From the IMG/VR virus record IMGVR_UViG_3300046167_000825, positions 186,001 through 250,000 of that record: 64,000 nt of DNA, one strand, 5' to 3'. How positions within the stretch are numbered: the stretch's first letter is position 1; each line of letters starts with the position of its first letter. Shown one piece after another: positions 1 to 7,743 of the stretch. The notes under the pieces are model-generated. The model did not search any database. It saw only the letters and a list, made by a program, of their open reading frames with translations, and was not told the origin of the DNA. Position numbers and translations under genes: made by a program.

Positions 1-281
1 TCGATATCCCCGTCAATCACGGCATCTGGAATGAAGATCCCTAGTTTGGATTCATCTGACATAACTGCGATGCCTTTGCGTTCAGAACCATGCACATCCA
101 AAGATACAGATTCTGTGAAAATGAAGTACTGATATGTGTCTTCTAGGGCTTTTTTCATGACCTTGTACGCACCACCTAATGCTGCATGGCTGTTTTGATA
201 CTGTTCTATGACTTGGTGGACTTCACCCGTTTCACGAGTAAACAACCAAGTGGTGGTGTTTAAATTAATTCGATTATCCAT
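1..281 (-). CDS. hypothetical protein, truncated at left window edge
   Basis: ATG at 281 overlaps the thyX stop; frame open to position 1 (MDNRINLNTTTWLFTRETGEVHQ...). Confidence 0.6.
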   Translation of the reverse strand, partial: MDNRINLNTTTWLFTRETGEVHQVIEQYQNSHAALGGAYKVMKKALEDTYQYFIFTESVSLDVHGSERKGIAVMSDESKLGIFIPDAVIDGDI

Positions 282-948
282 TTGAGATTCCTAATTTGAG
301 AGAGGTAGGGAAAAGAGGGGCTACAAGTTGCCGAATGGCTACGGCATACTCTTGTATCTCCTTTTGAGCGTGAGAATCCTCACGCAAAACTAAAAAGTGC
401 ATCAAGGCTTGGAGCGAACATGTCCAATAACATTCAGTGTAAAGAGATAAGGGTAACACACAGCGTGCTTGCTCTCTGCACACCCCTTTACTCAACAAAG
501 CACGATAAGAAGAGATGGCATTTAAGCAAGCCTCCTCAAAGATAGACTGGGCTTCCAACTCTTGAGCGAGTCCCAGTTCTCCAAACGACCCTTGTTTATT
601 ATCCTTACTTTGTTTTCGGAAGAACTCTGGTTGATGATAATCCCCATCGAACTCAATATATCTTAAACTAGCCTCATTCCAAGAACACCCAATTTGATGT
701 TTCATCCATTGGCGAAGCACAAAGATCGGTGCTTTGATGTGTATCTGAACTGTAGCGTGTCGGAAAGGCGAACTGTGTTTATGTTCCCAAAGGTATTTGA
801 TGAGTTTTTCATCACGAGGTCTAAGTTCCTCTGTTCGTTTCCCGAAAGAAACCCTTGCCGAGTTCACAACAGATATGTCACTACCCATGTGGTCAACAAG
901 TGACACGAATCCTTTATCCAAAACAGTTATTTGCATGATTCTCTCCAT
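274..948 (-). CDS. thyX: FAD-dependent thymidylate synthase
   Basis: VNSARVSF, HKHSSPFRHA, APIFVLRQWMKHQIGCSWNEASLRY, REQARCVLP, LREDSHAQKEI are ThyX motifs. Confidence 0.95.
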   Translation of the reverse strand: MERIMQITVLDKGFVSLVDHMGSDISVVNSARVSFGKRTEELRPRDEKLIKYLWEHKHSSPFRHATVQIHIKAPIFVLRQWMKHQIGCSWNEASLRYIEFDGDYHQPEFFRKQSKDNKQGSFGELGLAQELEAQSIFEEACLNAISSYRALLSKGVCREQARCVLPLSLYTECYWTCSLQALMHFLVLREDSHAQKEIQEYAVAIRQLVAPLFPTSLKLGISNG

Positions 949-972
949 CTTACAGAAAGAATACCCAAAAAC

Positions 973-1281
973 TTATTTCTTTGGGAAAGTTTTCATCGGG
1001 TCAAGGCTAGGGAGTTCGGTTGCTCTGATTGTTGGGATAGTGATAAGCCCGATCTCAACTCCTTCCCACCTCTCTGGTGTGAAAACCAAGTCTTTCAAAT
1101 TATCGGGGGATAACTTCAAGATATGATGGTCACCACCCCAGTGAACATAAGACTCTTGAACTGTTGCACCACCACATGCACCACAAGAACACCAACGACA
1201 GACATCCTCTAACTTGAAGATATCAAAACATTTACGACAGAATATTAACAGCATTGCAGCCTCCAAAACAGTTGGTAGCAT
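973..1281 (-). CDS. small Cys-rich (Zn-binding) hypothetical protein
   Basis: CRKC...CRWCSCGAC. Confidence 0.6.
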   Translation of the reverse strand: MLPTVLEAAMLLIFCRKCFDIFKLEDVCRWCSCGACGGATVQESYVHWGGDHHILKLSPDNLKDLVFTPERWEGVEIGLITIPTIRATELPSLDPMKTFPKK

Positions 1282-1377
1282 ACAATCTCATAGGGATACA
1301 CTTATTGGATTCTGAAATAGAGTCCTTATTGCAATACTCAATAAATAATCTCCTTCTATATGTAGGAGGAAAACCAA

Positions 1378-1734
1378 ATGTCTGATGAATTGCCCGATGG
1401 ATTAACGAACTTAATCTCACAGAATATGGAGAGGATGTTGGAATGGGAAATCCTCCTCAGTAAAACCCTCGACAACGGCAGTGTCTTGTCTATCCGAAAA
1501 GGGGACTTCATCGAAAAAGAATGGTGGGCTGTTTTTGTGGAAGCCCATGTCGACAATGAAGACCATCTCAAAGATATCCCCCCACAAGATGAATGGGGTG
1601 AGTTTGCACTGATGTCTTTCCAAATCGGTGATCGGGGAATGGTCTTATGGGTTTTTAGTTCAATCAATGAGTTGACCCTTGAACTGACGAGACTCTTTGG
1701 GATGTTCACAGCGAAAACAACCACCGAAATCTAA
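1378..1734 (+). CDS. hypothetical protein
   Basis: AGGAGG RBS upstream of ATG; 118 aa ORF. Confidence 0.7.
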   Translation: MSDELPDGLTNLISQNMERMLEWEILLSKTLDNGSVLSIRKGDFIEKEWWAVFVEAHVDNEDHLKDIPPQDEWGEFALMSFQIGDRGMVLWVFSSINELTLELTRLFGMFTAKTTTEI

Positions 1735-1863
1735 AAAAGATTCAAAAAAGTTGGCGTGTCAAGATAAAAGAGTGTATCTTTATTTTTGAGTCATTTCGCA
1801 CGATTTTTTCAGAGACCAATCACTTTGTGGTGTGGTTTCTTATGCTGTTTTTTGGGGGTTTTT

Positions 1864-2652
1864 ATGGTCGCTGTTGCTGGTGAGGTTTTATATACAAAGC
1901 AAAAACATGGTTCTTTACCGATAAAGATATTGGATTCGGGGTTTCTCTTGGGTGAGAAAAAGTACGATACAGAGAAAAGATTATTTGAAGAACTGTACGG
2001 AAAACGAACCCGTATGACCTTCAAGAAGTATTTCCCCCAAAGAACAACAAAGCCCTCTGTTGATTTGTTCCAAGAACTGTATCAAGAGTGCAAGATCAAA
2101 AAAGGAATTGATCTCGTGAATCGCTCTCACGAAGTTCGCAAGTTATTCTATGCGGGATTCGGTGCGAGATGTATTGCTTCTGGCTACAGTCCCGAAGATG
2201 TTCTCCAAGAAATCTATAAAGGGTTGATTGCTAGGAACAAAGGCATTTGCCCATTCGACCCTCGTAAGAGTTCCTTTGGGCATTATGTTCACATGGTCTG
2301 TGGCTGCATAATGGCGAACTATCACAGAAAGATGAAAAAGAGGCGGGAACGAGAACAAGTGGGTATCTACAACTGGGACTCAGATGAATATGGACTCCAA
2401 GATGTTTCGGCATATGCTGTGGAAGTCGAGGAAACCACTCCCGAGCAAGAATACATCAACAATGAAGCACAAGATTCTTTATATGATTATATCAGAGGCT
2501 ACGACCCCAAACTGATTGTAATCCTTGAGGGATTGATTCGGAAAGACACTCGGAAAGTGATGGCAGAGGAAACTGGTTGGAGTTCCAATGCCGTCACGCA
2601 AGCCGTGAAGAAGGTTCGTGAACTAACTCTTGAGTGGTCTGAAAAATACTGA
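1864..2652 (+). CDS. divergent phage sigma-70-family factor with N-terminal extension
   Basis: region 2-like SPEDVLQEIYKGLIARNKGICPFDPRKSSFGHYVHMV; region 4 HTH TRKVMAEETGWSSNAVTQAVKKVRE; ATG 1864 preferred to TTG 1786. Confidence 0.7.
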   Translation: MVAVAGEVLYTKQKHGSLPIKILDSGFLLGEKKYDTEKRLFEELYGKRTRMTFKKYFPQRTTKPSVDLFQELYQECKIKKGIDLVNRSHEVRKLFYAGFGARCIASGYSPEDVLQEIYKGLIARNKGICPFDPRKSSFGHYVHMVCGCIMANYHRKMKKRREREQVGIYNWDSDEYGLQDVSAYAVEVEETTPEQEYINNEAQDSLYDYIRGYDPKLIVILEGLIRKDTRKVMAEETGWSSNAVTQAVKKVRELTLEWSEKY

Positions 2653-2669
2653 GAATAACATGAGTGAAT

Positions 2670-2828
2670 ATGAAGATCGATGATGTGATGAACTGGGCGA
2701 GAGGAGAGGAACACGGTCTTATGGGTTTCTTACAGCAGTTCACTGAGGCTGACCTTGAACTGTTTGTCGATGAAGACCCTAGTTGCGTTCGATGGGATAT
2801 GTGCAATATAGAAGCCCCGTTGAAATAG
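2670..2828 (+). CDS. 52-aa hypothetical protein (not in ORF track)
   Basis: MKIDDVMNWARGEEHGLMGFLQQFTEADLELFVDEDPSCVRWDMCNIEAPLK fills the gap after the sigma gene. Confidence 0.55.
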   Translation: MKIDDVMNWARGEEHGLMGFLQQFTEADLELFVDEDPSCVRWDMCNIEAPLK

Positions 2829-2838
2829 TTTATTTATA
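2826..2838 (+). promoter_or_regulatory. class B (putative late) promoter TAGTTTATTTATA
   Basis: TA[AG]T-N5-TATA motif 30 bp before the Cys-rich peptide. Confidence 0.6.
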
Positions 2839-2867
2839 TCAGACCCCTTATAGATAGGAGGTGCTGT

Positions 2868-2948
2868 ATGTGTGAAAAATGTGAGTGTAAAGACAAATCT
2901 TGTTGTGATAGTTGTGATTGTTGTTCCAAACATTGTTGTTGTGAATAG
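2868..2948 (+). CDS. 26-aa metallothionein-like Cys-rich peptide (not in ORF track)
   Basis: MCEKCECKDKSCCDSCDCCSKHCCCE*, 11 Cys; AGGAGG RBS; own promoter motif. Confidence 0.8.
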   Translation: MCEKCECKDKSCCDSCDCCSKHCCCE

Positions 2949-2958
2949 TCTTTCTATA
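2946..2958 (+). promoter_or_regulatory. class B promoter TAGTCTTTCTATA
   Basis: motif overlaps the upstream stop codon, just before thioredoxin. Confidence 0.6.
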
Positions 2959-2974
2959 TAGAGCAGAGATAAGT

Positions 2975-3289
2975 ATGGAACGAATAACCGATGCAATATT
3001 TGACGAGAAAGTCCTTGATGTGGCACACACTGTGGTCGTGAAGTTCACAGCCTCTTGGTGTGCTCCTTGTAGGGCTTTCAACCCCATTTTACTTGAAGCC
3101 GAGAAAGACCATCCCCACATCTCTTTTTACGAGGTAGATGTAGAGGAGAACGAGGGGCTTACAGAGGATTTTGAGATCCGTAGTTTACCTACCACGCTCA
3201 TTTTCCATGAGGGTCAACAAGTGGGTGAGGCGAAGGGTCTCGTCAGTAAAAATGTTCTGTATGCAGTACTCTCAAAGTTTGGAGAATGA
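2975..3289 (+). CDS. trxA: thioredoxin
   Basis: FTASWCAPC active site; IRSLPT cis-Pro loop. Confidence 0.93.
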   Translation: MERITDAIFDEKVLDVAHTVVVKFTASWCAPCRAFNPILLEAEKDHPHISFYEVDVEENEGLTEDFEIRSLPTTLIFHEGQQVGEAKGLVSKNVLYAVLSKFGE

Positions 3290-3290
3290 C

Positions 3291-3464
3291 ATGGCTTTTA
3301 TGAAAACATCTGTCGGCTTAACCCAAGCCAAAGAAATCAATGAAGAAACCTTATTGTCTGGGATGACAAACGATCAGATCAAGAATCTTCTGAAACGATA
3401 TCTCGATGGTAAGAACATCGGATTCAAACCCTCAGCAGACCTCTTGAAGAAGTATGGTTTTTAA
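3291..3464 (+). CDS. hypothetical protein
   Basis: GGAG RBS, ATG 3291 (MAFMKTSVG...). Confidence 0.6.
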   Translation: MAFMKTSVGLTQAKEINEETLLSGMTNDQIKNLLKRYLDGKNIGFKPSADLLKKYGF

Positions 3465-3692
3465 TTGCAGATGTTATCTGTGACATTGTCGTCTGACAAT
3501 GTGAAATCAACTTCCTCACAACCCCTTTGTTCGGTAGTATCCTTTTTATTGGGTTCTTGTTTTGGGTACTCTAAGGCATCCAGATATAAATGCAGTTCTT
3601 CCATAATCACCTCCACAAAAAATTGTGTGGTCTTATTTGAGAACTATTGAGTAATCCATAAATAAGTTAGTCTAAATAGTGGGGGTGTAAAT

Positions 3693-3998
3693 ATGTGGGA
3701 CTTGAGTACTATGAAAAAAAAGAATGAAGAATGGTCTGAAAGAATGAGAAGACAATGGCGAGGGGCGGTTCTGATATCAAGTTTGGAAAATATCTCACAC
3801 CTATGTCCTTTCACCTACTATGACCCAGAGGTTGAACGCAAGGTTTTTTTTGCAACCAATGTAGGGGAACTTCTGCCAGTGCCAGAACACTCAGTGTCAG
3901 AACAACTGAAAAAAGTTTTTAATTATAATGGTGCTTTCACCCTCTCTTTACACTCTGCGAGCCGATATGAGGTTCGTTTGGTTTTGTGGATCGGCTAG
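3693..3998 (+). CDS. hypothetical protein
   Basis: 101 aa ORF with GGGGG RBS-like element. Confidence 0.6.
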   Translation: MWDLSTMKKKNEEWSERMRRQWRGAVLISSLENISHLCPFTYYDPEVERKVFFATNVGELLPVPEHSVSEQLKKVFNYNGAFTLSLHSASRYEVRLVLWIG

Positions 3999-4008
3999 TT
4001 CTTTTATA
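3996..4008 (+). promoter_or_regulatory. class B promoter TAGTTCTTTTATA
   Basis: motif before the 4036 gene. Confidence 0.55.
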
Positions 4009-4035
4009 TGTGTCTCCAATTGAAAAGGAGCATAG

Positions 4036-4431
4036 ATGGGACAAAGTGTTCACATAGAGATAGAGGTTCTAGCCACCAAAGATTTAGCGAGTGTCTTCAA
4101 AAGGGTCACTCAACTAGGGTCTTGGTCTTGGGTGATGTCTTATTCCCCTACGCAAAGAGAAGCGTTGGGCTTCAATGCTATGATTGAACAAATCAGACCT
4201 CTCCCGAAAACACTATCTAAGTCCATTCAGAAGAAGATTGACAGTTGGTCACACCAACAGACCACTTGGTGGTGTGACCTAAAAGATTTTTTAGATTTAA
4301 TTGAACTACACGGTGTTCCAGTAGAGGTCAGTGAATGGTATCTCAATTGGGGTTCAGCCCATTTAGGGTTGATAGGGAAACCACACCAGTTACGCATCAT
4401 AATTTGGATAGCAGAGGGGTCTTATGATTAA
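4036..4431 (+). CDS. hypothetical protein
   Basis: AAGGAG RBS; overlaps the next gene. Confidence 0.7.
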   Translation: MGQSVHIEIEVLATKDLASVFKRVTQLGSWSWVMSYSPTQREALGFNAMIEQIRPLPKTLSKSIQKKIDSWSHQQTTWWCDLKDFLDLIELHGVPVEVSEWYLNWGSAHLGLIGKPHQLRIIIWIAEGSYD

Positions 4432-4987
4432 GAAGCACGCAGCAATTTTTGTGACAGAAAGAACCTCCTTGATAGCCCTTGAAGAAACAGAGTATTCTTG
4501 GGTGACTTTCTCGTGGTTCACAGATAGAGATTTTCTGGAGTTCATTTCAAAGGAATTAGAACGAAGACCCATGCCTAAGATTAAGATGGCTTGCGACAAT
4601 GCCCAAATCCCTAGCAAGTGGTTGAGGGGTACTCATTATTTCTTCACCTTCCACGAGTGGATTGCTCTTTGTCAAAGATTCTTGAGAAACTCCCGTAGCC
4701 CAGACGGGGAGGATTCCTTCTCGGAGTTCCGTAGAGGCTGTCTCCAACACTCAAAAGAAAGTGTCTTGGGGTGTATTGAAGACTTGAATGGTTTGTTTCG
4801 AGTCGTGGACTTTGATGTTTATGTGGTATTATCCACAGTGCTTCCCCATTGGGATACTAAAGGGGCTAGTGTGACGAGTCTTGAGAGTATGAAGCAAAAA
4901 TGGGAAGATATCTTCCTTGAAATAGAGAACACAATAAAAGATTTAACGAGAACAGACAATGCGATTGACACTGATACCTCCGAATAA
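4424..4987 (+). CDS. hypothetical protein
   Basis: 187 aa ORF, coupled to upstream gene. Confidence 0.7.
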   Translation: MIKKHAAIFVTERTSLIALEETEYSWVTFSWFTDRDFLEFISKELERRPMPKIKMACDNAQIPSKWLRGTHYFFTFHEWIALCQRFLRNSRSPDGEDSFSEFRRGCLQHSKESVLGCIEDLNGLFRVVDFDVYVVLSTVLPHWDTKGASVTSLESMKQKWEDIFLEIENTIKDLTRTDNAIDTDTSE

Positions 4988-5240
4988 ACTACAACATTTT
5001 GAGTGGATACCTTATCTCTATGGAGATGAGTTCGATATTAAAAGTGTGGAAGAGATACTACACCAGCAAATCACAGACAGAGGCTTGAACAAAACACAGT
5101 TTGTGGGTTTCCTTTTTCAGTTCTGTCTAACGATAGCCACGAAGTTCAACAAGAAACTCGGTTATGAAGAAGACACACTCCAAATAGGGGCTGTTGTTAT
5201 TCATGAAGCATTGCTATACAGAGCATTGGATAAGATGTGA
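4959..5240 (+). CDS. hypothetical protein
   Basis: ends in GTGA overlap with the sigma gene. Confidence 0.6.
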   Translation: MRLTLIPPNKLQHFEWIPYLYGDEFDIKSVEEILHQQITDRGLNKTQFVGFLFQFCLTIATKFNKKLGYEEDTLQIGAVVIHEALLYRALDKM

Positions 5241-5989
5241 TTTACAAACGAATAACCCCCGAAGAAGAAATCGAACTATCCCGAATAATTCAAGAAGGTG
5301 GTGAGGATGCACCTCTCGCAATTGAAAGATTCTTGCACGCCAATCTGAGATTAGTTCATTACCAAGTTTCGAAGATGCCTTCGGTAGACCCAGAACAGCA
5401 ACAAGATTTAATTCAAGAGGGGAACATCGGTTTAATCACTGCCATCAAAAAGTTCGACCCAAAATATGGCTGTCGGTTCTCGACTTACGCCATTTGGTGG
5501 GTTCGACAAAGTATCCAACGGTCACTAGAGAAAGATCGTACCATCAAAGTACCCTCTTACCGTCAGAGTATGAATCGAAAGATAGTCATTCTTTACGAGG
5601 AAATGGGTGAGAACCCTCAGAGTATCTCACACCTATGTGATTACTTCGGTTTAAGCAGAGAAGATATCATGTTGGCTCTTCAACCTTGCAGTTGCACCTC
5701 ATTAGAAGCCGAGATCGCTGAGGGCTTATCTATCCTAGAAACCATTGGTGTTGATGACAATCCCGAAGAACATTTTTTTGAGAAGGAGAGGGAACAAGTA
5801 TTGATGGATCTTCTAGCGAAACTCAATGAACCCGAAAAAATATTGCTTGAAATGCGATTCGGTTTGAAAGGTCAGAATCCGACATCTTATCGGGAGATTG
5901 CTGAAGTGCTCGGATTGAGCCGTCCTCAAGTATATCAGACTCTAACTAGACTTCTAGGTGAACTCCGAAAAAGTGTGTCAAAGCCCTAA
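5237..5989 (+). CDS. compact RpoD/RpoS-like sigma-70 factor
   Basis: ANLRLV, DLIQEGNIGLITAIKKFDPKYGCRFSTYAIWWVRQSI, RTIKVP, region 4 SYREIAEVLGLSRPQV. Confidence 0.92.
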   Translation: MIYKRITPEEEIELSRIIQEGGEDAPLAIERFLHANLRLVHYQVSKMPSVDPEQQQDLIQEGNIGLITAIKKFDPKYGCRFSTYAIWWVRQSIQRSLEKDRTIKVPSYRQSMNRKIVILYEEMGENPQSISHLCDYFGLSREDIMLALQPCSCTSLEAEIAEGLSILETIGVDDNPEEHFFEKEREQVLMDLLAKLNEPEKILLEMRFGLKGQNPTSYREIAEVLGLSRPQVYQTLTRLLGELRKSVSKP

Positions 5990-5996
5990 TTTTCGC

Positions 5997-6009
5997 TACT
6001 CTGCCTATA
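5997..6009 (+). promoter_or_regulatory. class B promoter variant TACTCTGCCTATA
   Basis: one mismatch to TA[AG]T-N5-TATA, before the 6051 gene. Confidence 0.45.
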
Positions 6010-6050
6010 AAAAACCTATATAGGTAGTCGTGTTATTGTGGAGGCATGTT

Positions 6051-6314
6051 ATGACGTGGGATAATGTAAAAGATGGTCTTACCATACTGGTAATTCCAAT
6101 GGTTTTATGGGGTGTTCGGTTGGAAACCACTCTTGCTGTACAAGAGGAAAAGATTGATACACTTGAAGCAAAAATTGCTATGACAGAGCAAAGTATCAAG
6201 CGGGTTGAAGATGCCGTCCAAAAGAACAGTCTGGAATTGGTGAAAGTGTCTGGGAAACTAGACTCAGCCAACGAGAAGATAGATGTCATCAAAGACATTC
6301 TCACAAGTCCCTAG
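6051..6314 (+). CDS. single-pass membrane coiled-coil protein
   Basis: GGAGG RBS; hydrophobic LTILVIPMVLWGV followed by heptad repeats. Confidence 0.65.
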   Translation: MTWDNVKDGLTILVIPMVLWGVRLETTLAVQEEKIDTLEAKIAMTEQSIKRVEDAVQKNSLELVKVSGKLDSANEKIDVIKDILTSP

Positions 6315-6540
6315 AGTTCTACTTGGCATATTATTCATTTTATTCGGTCTGATTCTATCCTTAAATGCCTCCCAAAAAGATATCGTCATAACCGAAGTTG
6401 AAGAGTATCGCCTAGAAACAAGGCTAAAAGAAGAAGCCCCTATTGTAGTAATGGAGAGTTATCCCTCCGAAGATAGGCTTTGTGATAATCTCGATGAAAT
6501 AATTGAGATTCTTGAAGAGAGTGGGATCGATAAAGAGTAG
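6283..6540 (+). CDS. small membrane-anchored or secreted acidic protein
   Basis: VLLGILFILFGLILSLNA hydrophobic segment. Confidence 0.55.
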   Translation: MSSKTFSQVPRVLLGILFILFGLILSLNASQKDIVITEVEEYRLETRLKEEAPIVVMESYPSEDRLCDNLDEIIEILEESGIDKE

Positions 6541-6552
6541 TGTTTCCGTATA
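6524..6552 (+). promoter_or_regulatory. class A promoter GGATCG-N17-CGTATA
   Basis: exact bipartite motif upstream of the ABC-GNAT gene. Confidence 0.8.
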
Positions 6553-6578
6553 TTTCCTACACAATTTAGGAGGTGTAT

Positions 6579-7682
6579 ATGTCAATATTTGACGAACTAC
6601 AAAACAAACCGAAGAAGAAAGTCTTTGTGTCTGTTGACCGTGACGAGTTCACGGAAACAATATCAAACGCTTTCGATTATGAGTTCACTGGTCGCTCCGA
6701 GTTCACAACTTGGACAATGCCCACAGTACCTAGCAATTTTGGTGTGGGTGTTATCGTGGGGGACAGTGGCACGGGTAAATCCTTACTTCTGAAAGAGTTT
6801 GGTGACCCCGAAACAGTGAAATGGCAGAAACGAAAAGCAGTGGCTTCTCATTTCAAAAACCCCGAACAAGCCCAGAAAAAACTGATGAGTGTGGGATTCA
6901 ATACCATCGAGTCTTGGCTGAAGCCCTACCATGTGCTTTCTATGGGTGAGAGATACAGAGCCGTAGTCGCTCGGACTGTGAGGTCGGGGGCAGTGTATGA
7001 TGAGTTCACGAGTGTCGTTGACAGAGACACCGCTAAAAGTTTGTCTGTGTCTTTACGGAGGCTCATAGACGATGAGGGATACACCAACATTGTGGTGGCT
7101 ACTTGTCACGATGATATTCTTCAATGGTTACAACCCGACTGGGTCTTCAATTCCAATACGGGTGAGTTGTCCGTTGGGAGGTCACTTCGGACACCGTGCG
7201 AACTTCAAATCTTCGGAACAGATTCATCTGCTTGGGGAATGTTTGCTCCGTATCACTATCTAAATCACTCTATCAATGCGGCTGCAAAATGTTTTGTTGC
7301 CACTTGGGAGGGGAAACTGGTTGGGTTCTCTGCCGTCTTGCCTTTCCCTTCTGCCATAAAACATGCTTGGCGTGGTCATCGGACAGTCATCTTCCCTAAG
7401 TTTCAAGGGATGGGTTTCGGGGTTCGACTCAGTGATGCCATTGGTGAGATTATGAAAGGAAGAGGGAAAAGGTATTTTTCGAGAACGGCTCATCCGAGAA
7501 TGGGTCAATATCGGGAAAACTCAACCCTTTGGAGAGCCACTTCAAAAAATCTTGTTTATCGCACAGACAATCGGGGAACTATTCGGGAATCCATGCGATA
7601 CAAAAAAGGTGAGGTAGTGCCGATGGATGAGAGAGATAGACGGAGAGTTTGCTATTCTCACGAATATCTAGGTCAAGTCTGA
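6579..7682 (+). CDS. ABC-type ATPase fused to GNAT acetyltransferase
   Basis: Walker A GDSGTGKS, signature LSMGE, Walker B VYDEFTSVVDR, H-loop ATCHDD; acetyl-CoA motif RTVIFPKFQGMGFG; no TM domain. Confidence 0.85.
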   Translation: MSIFDELQNKPKKKVFVSVDRDEFTETISNAFDYEFTGRSEFTTWTMPTVPSNFGVGVIVGDSGTGKSLLLKEFGDPETVKWQKRKAVASHFKNPEQAQKKLMSVGFNTIESWLKPYHVLSMGERYRAVVARTVRSGAVYDEFTSVVDRDTAKSLSVSLRRLIDDEGYTNIVVATCHDDILQWLQPDWVFNSNTGELSVGRSLRTPCELQIFGTDSSAWGMFAPYHYLNHSINAAAKCFVATWEGKLVGFSAVLPFPSAIKHAWRGHRTVIFPKFQGMGFGVRLSDAIGEIMKGRGKRYFSRTAHPRMGQYRENSTLWRATSKNLVYRTDNRGTIRESMRYKKGEVVPMDERDRRRVCYSHEYLGQV

Positions 7683-7743
7683 TGATTTGAATAATCATTT
7701 TATTCGATGTTGCATAGTGAAACCAACACTAGGAGTATTCACT

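Noticed and set aside
6579-7682. ABC transporter
   Set aside because: No membrane permease nearby and the ATPase is fused to a GNAT domain
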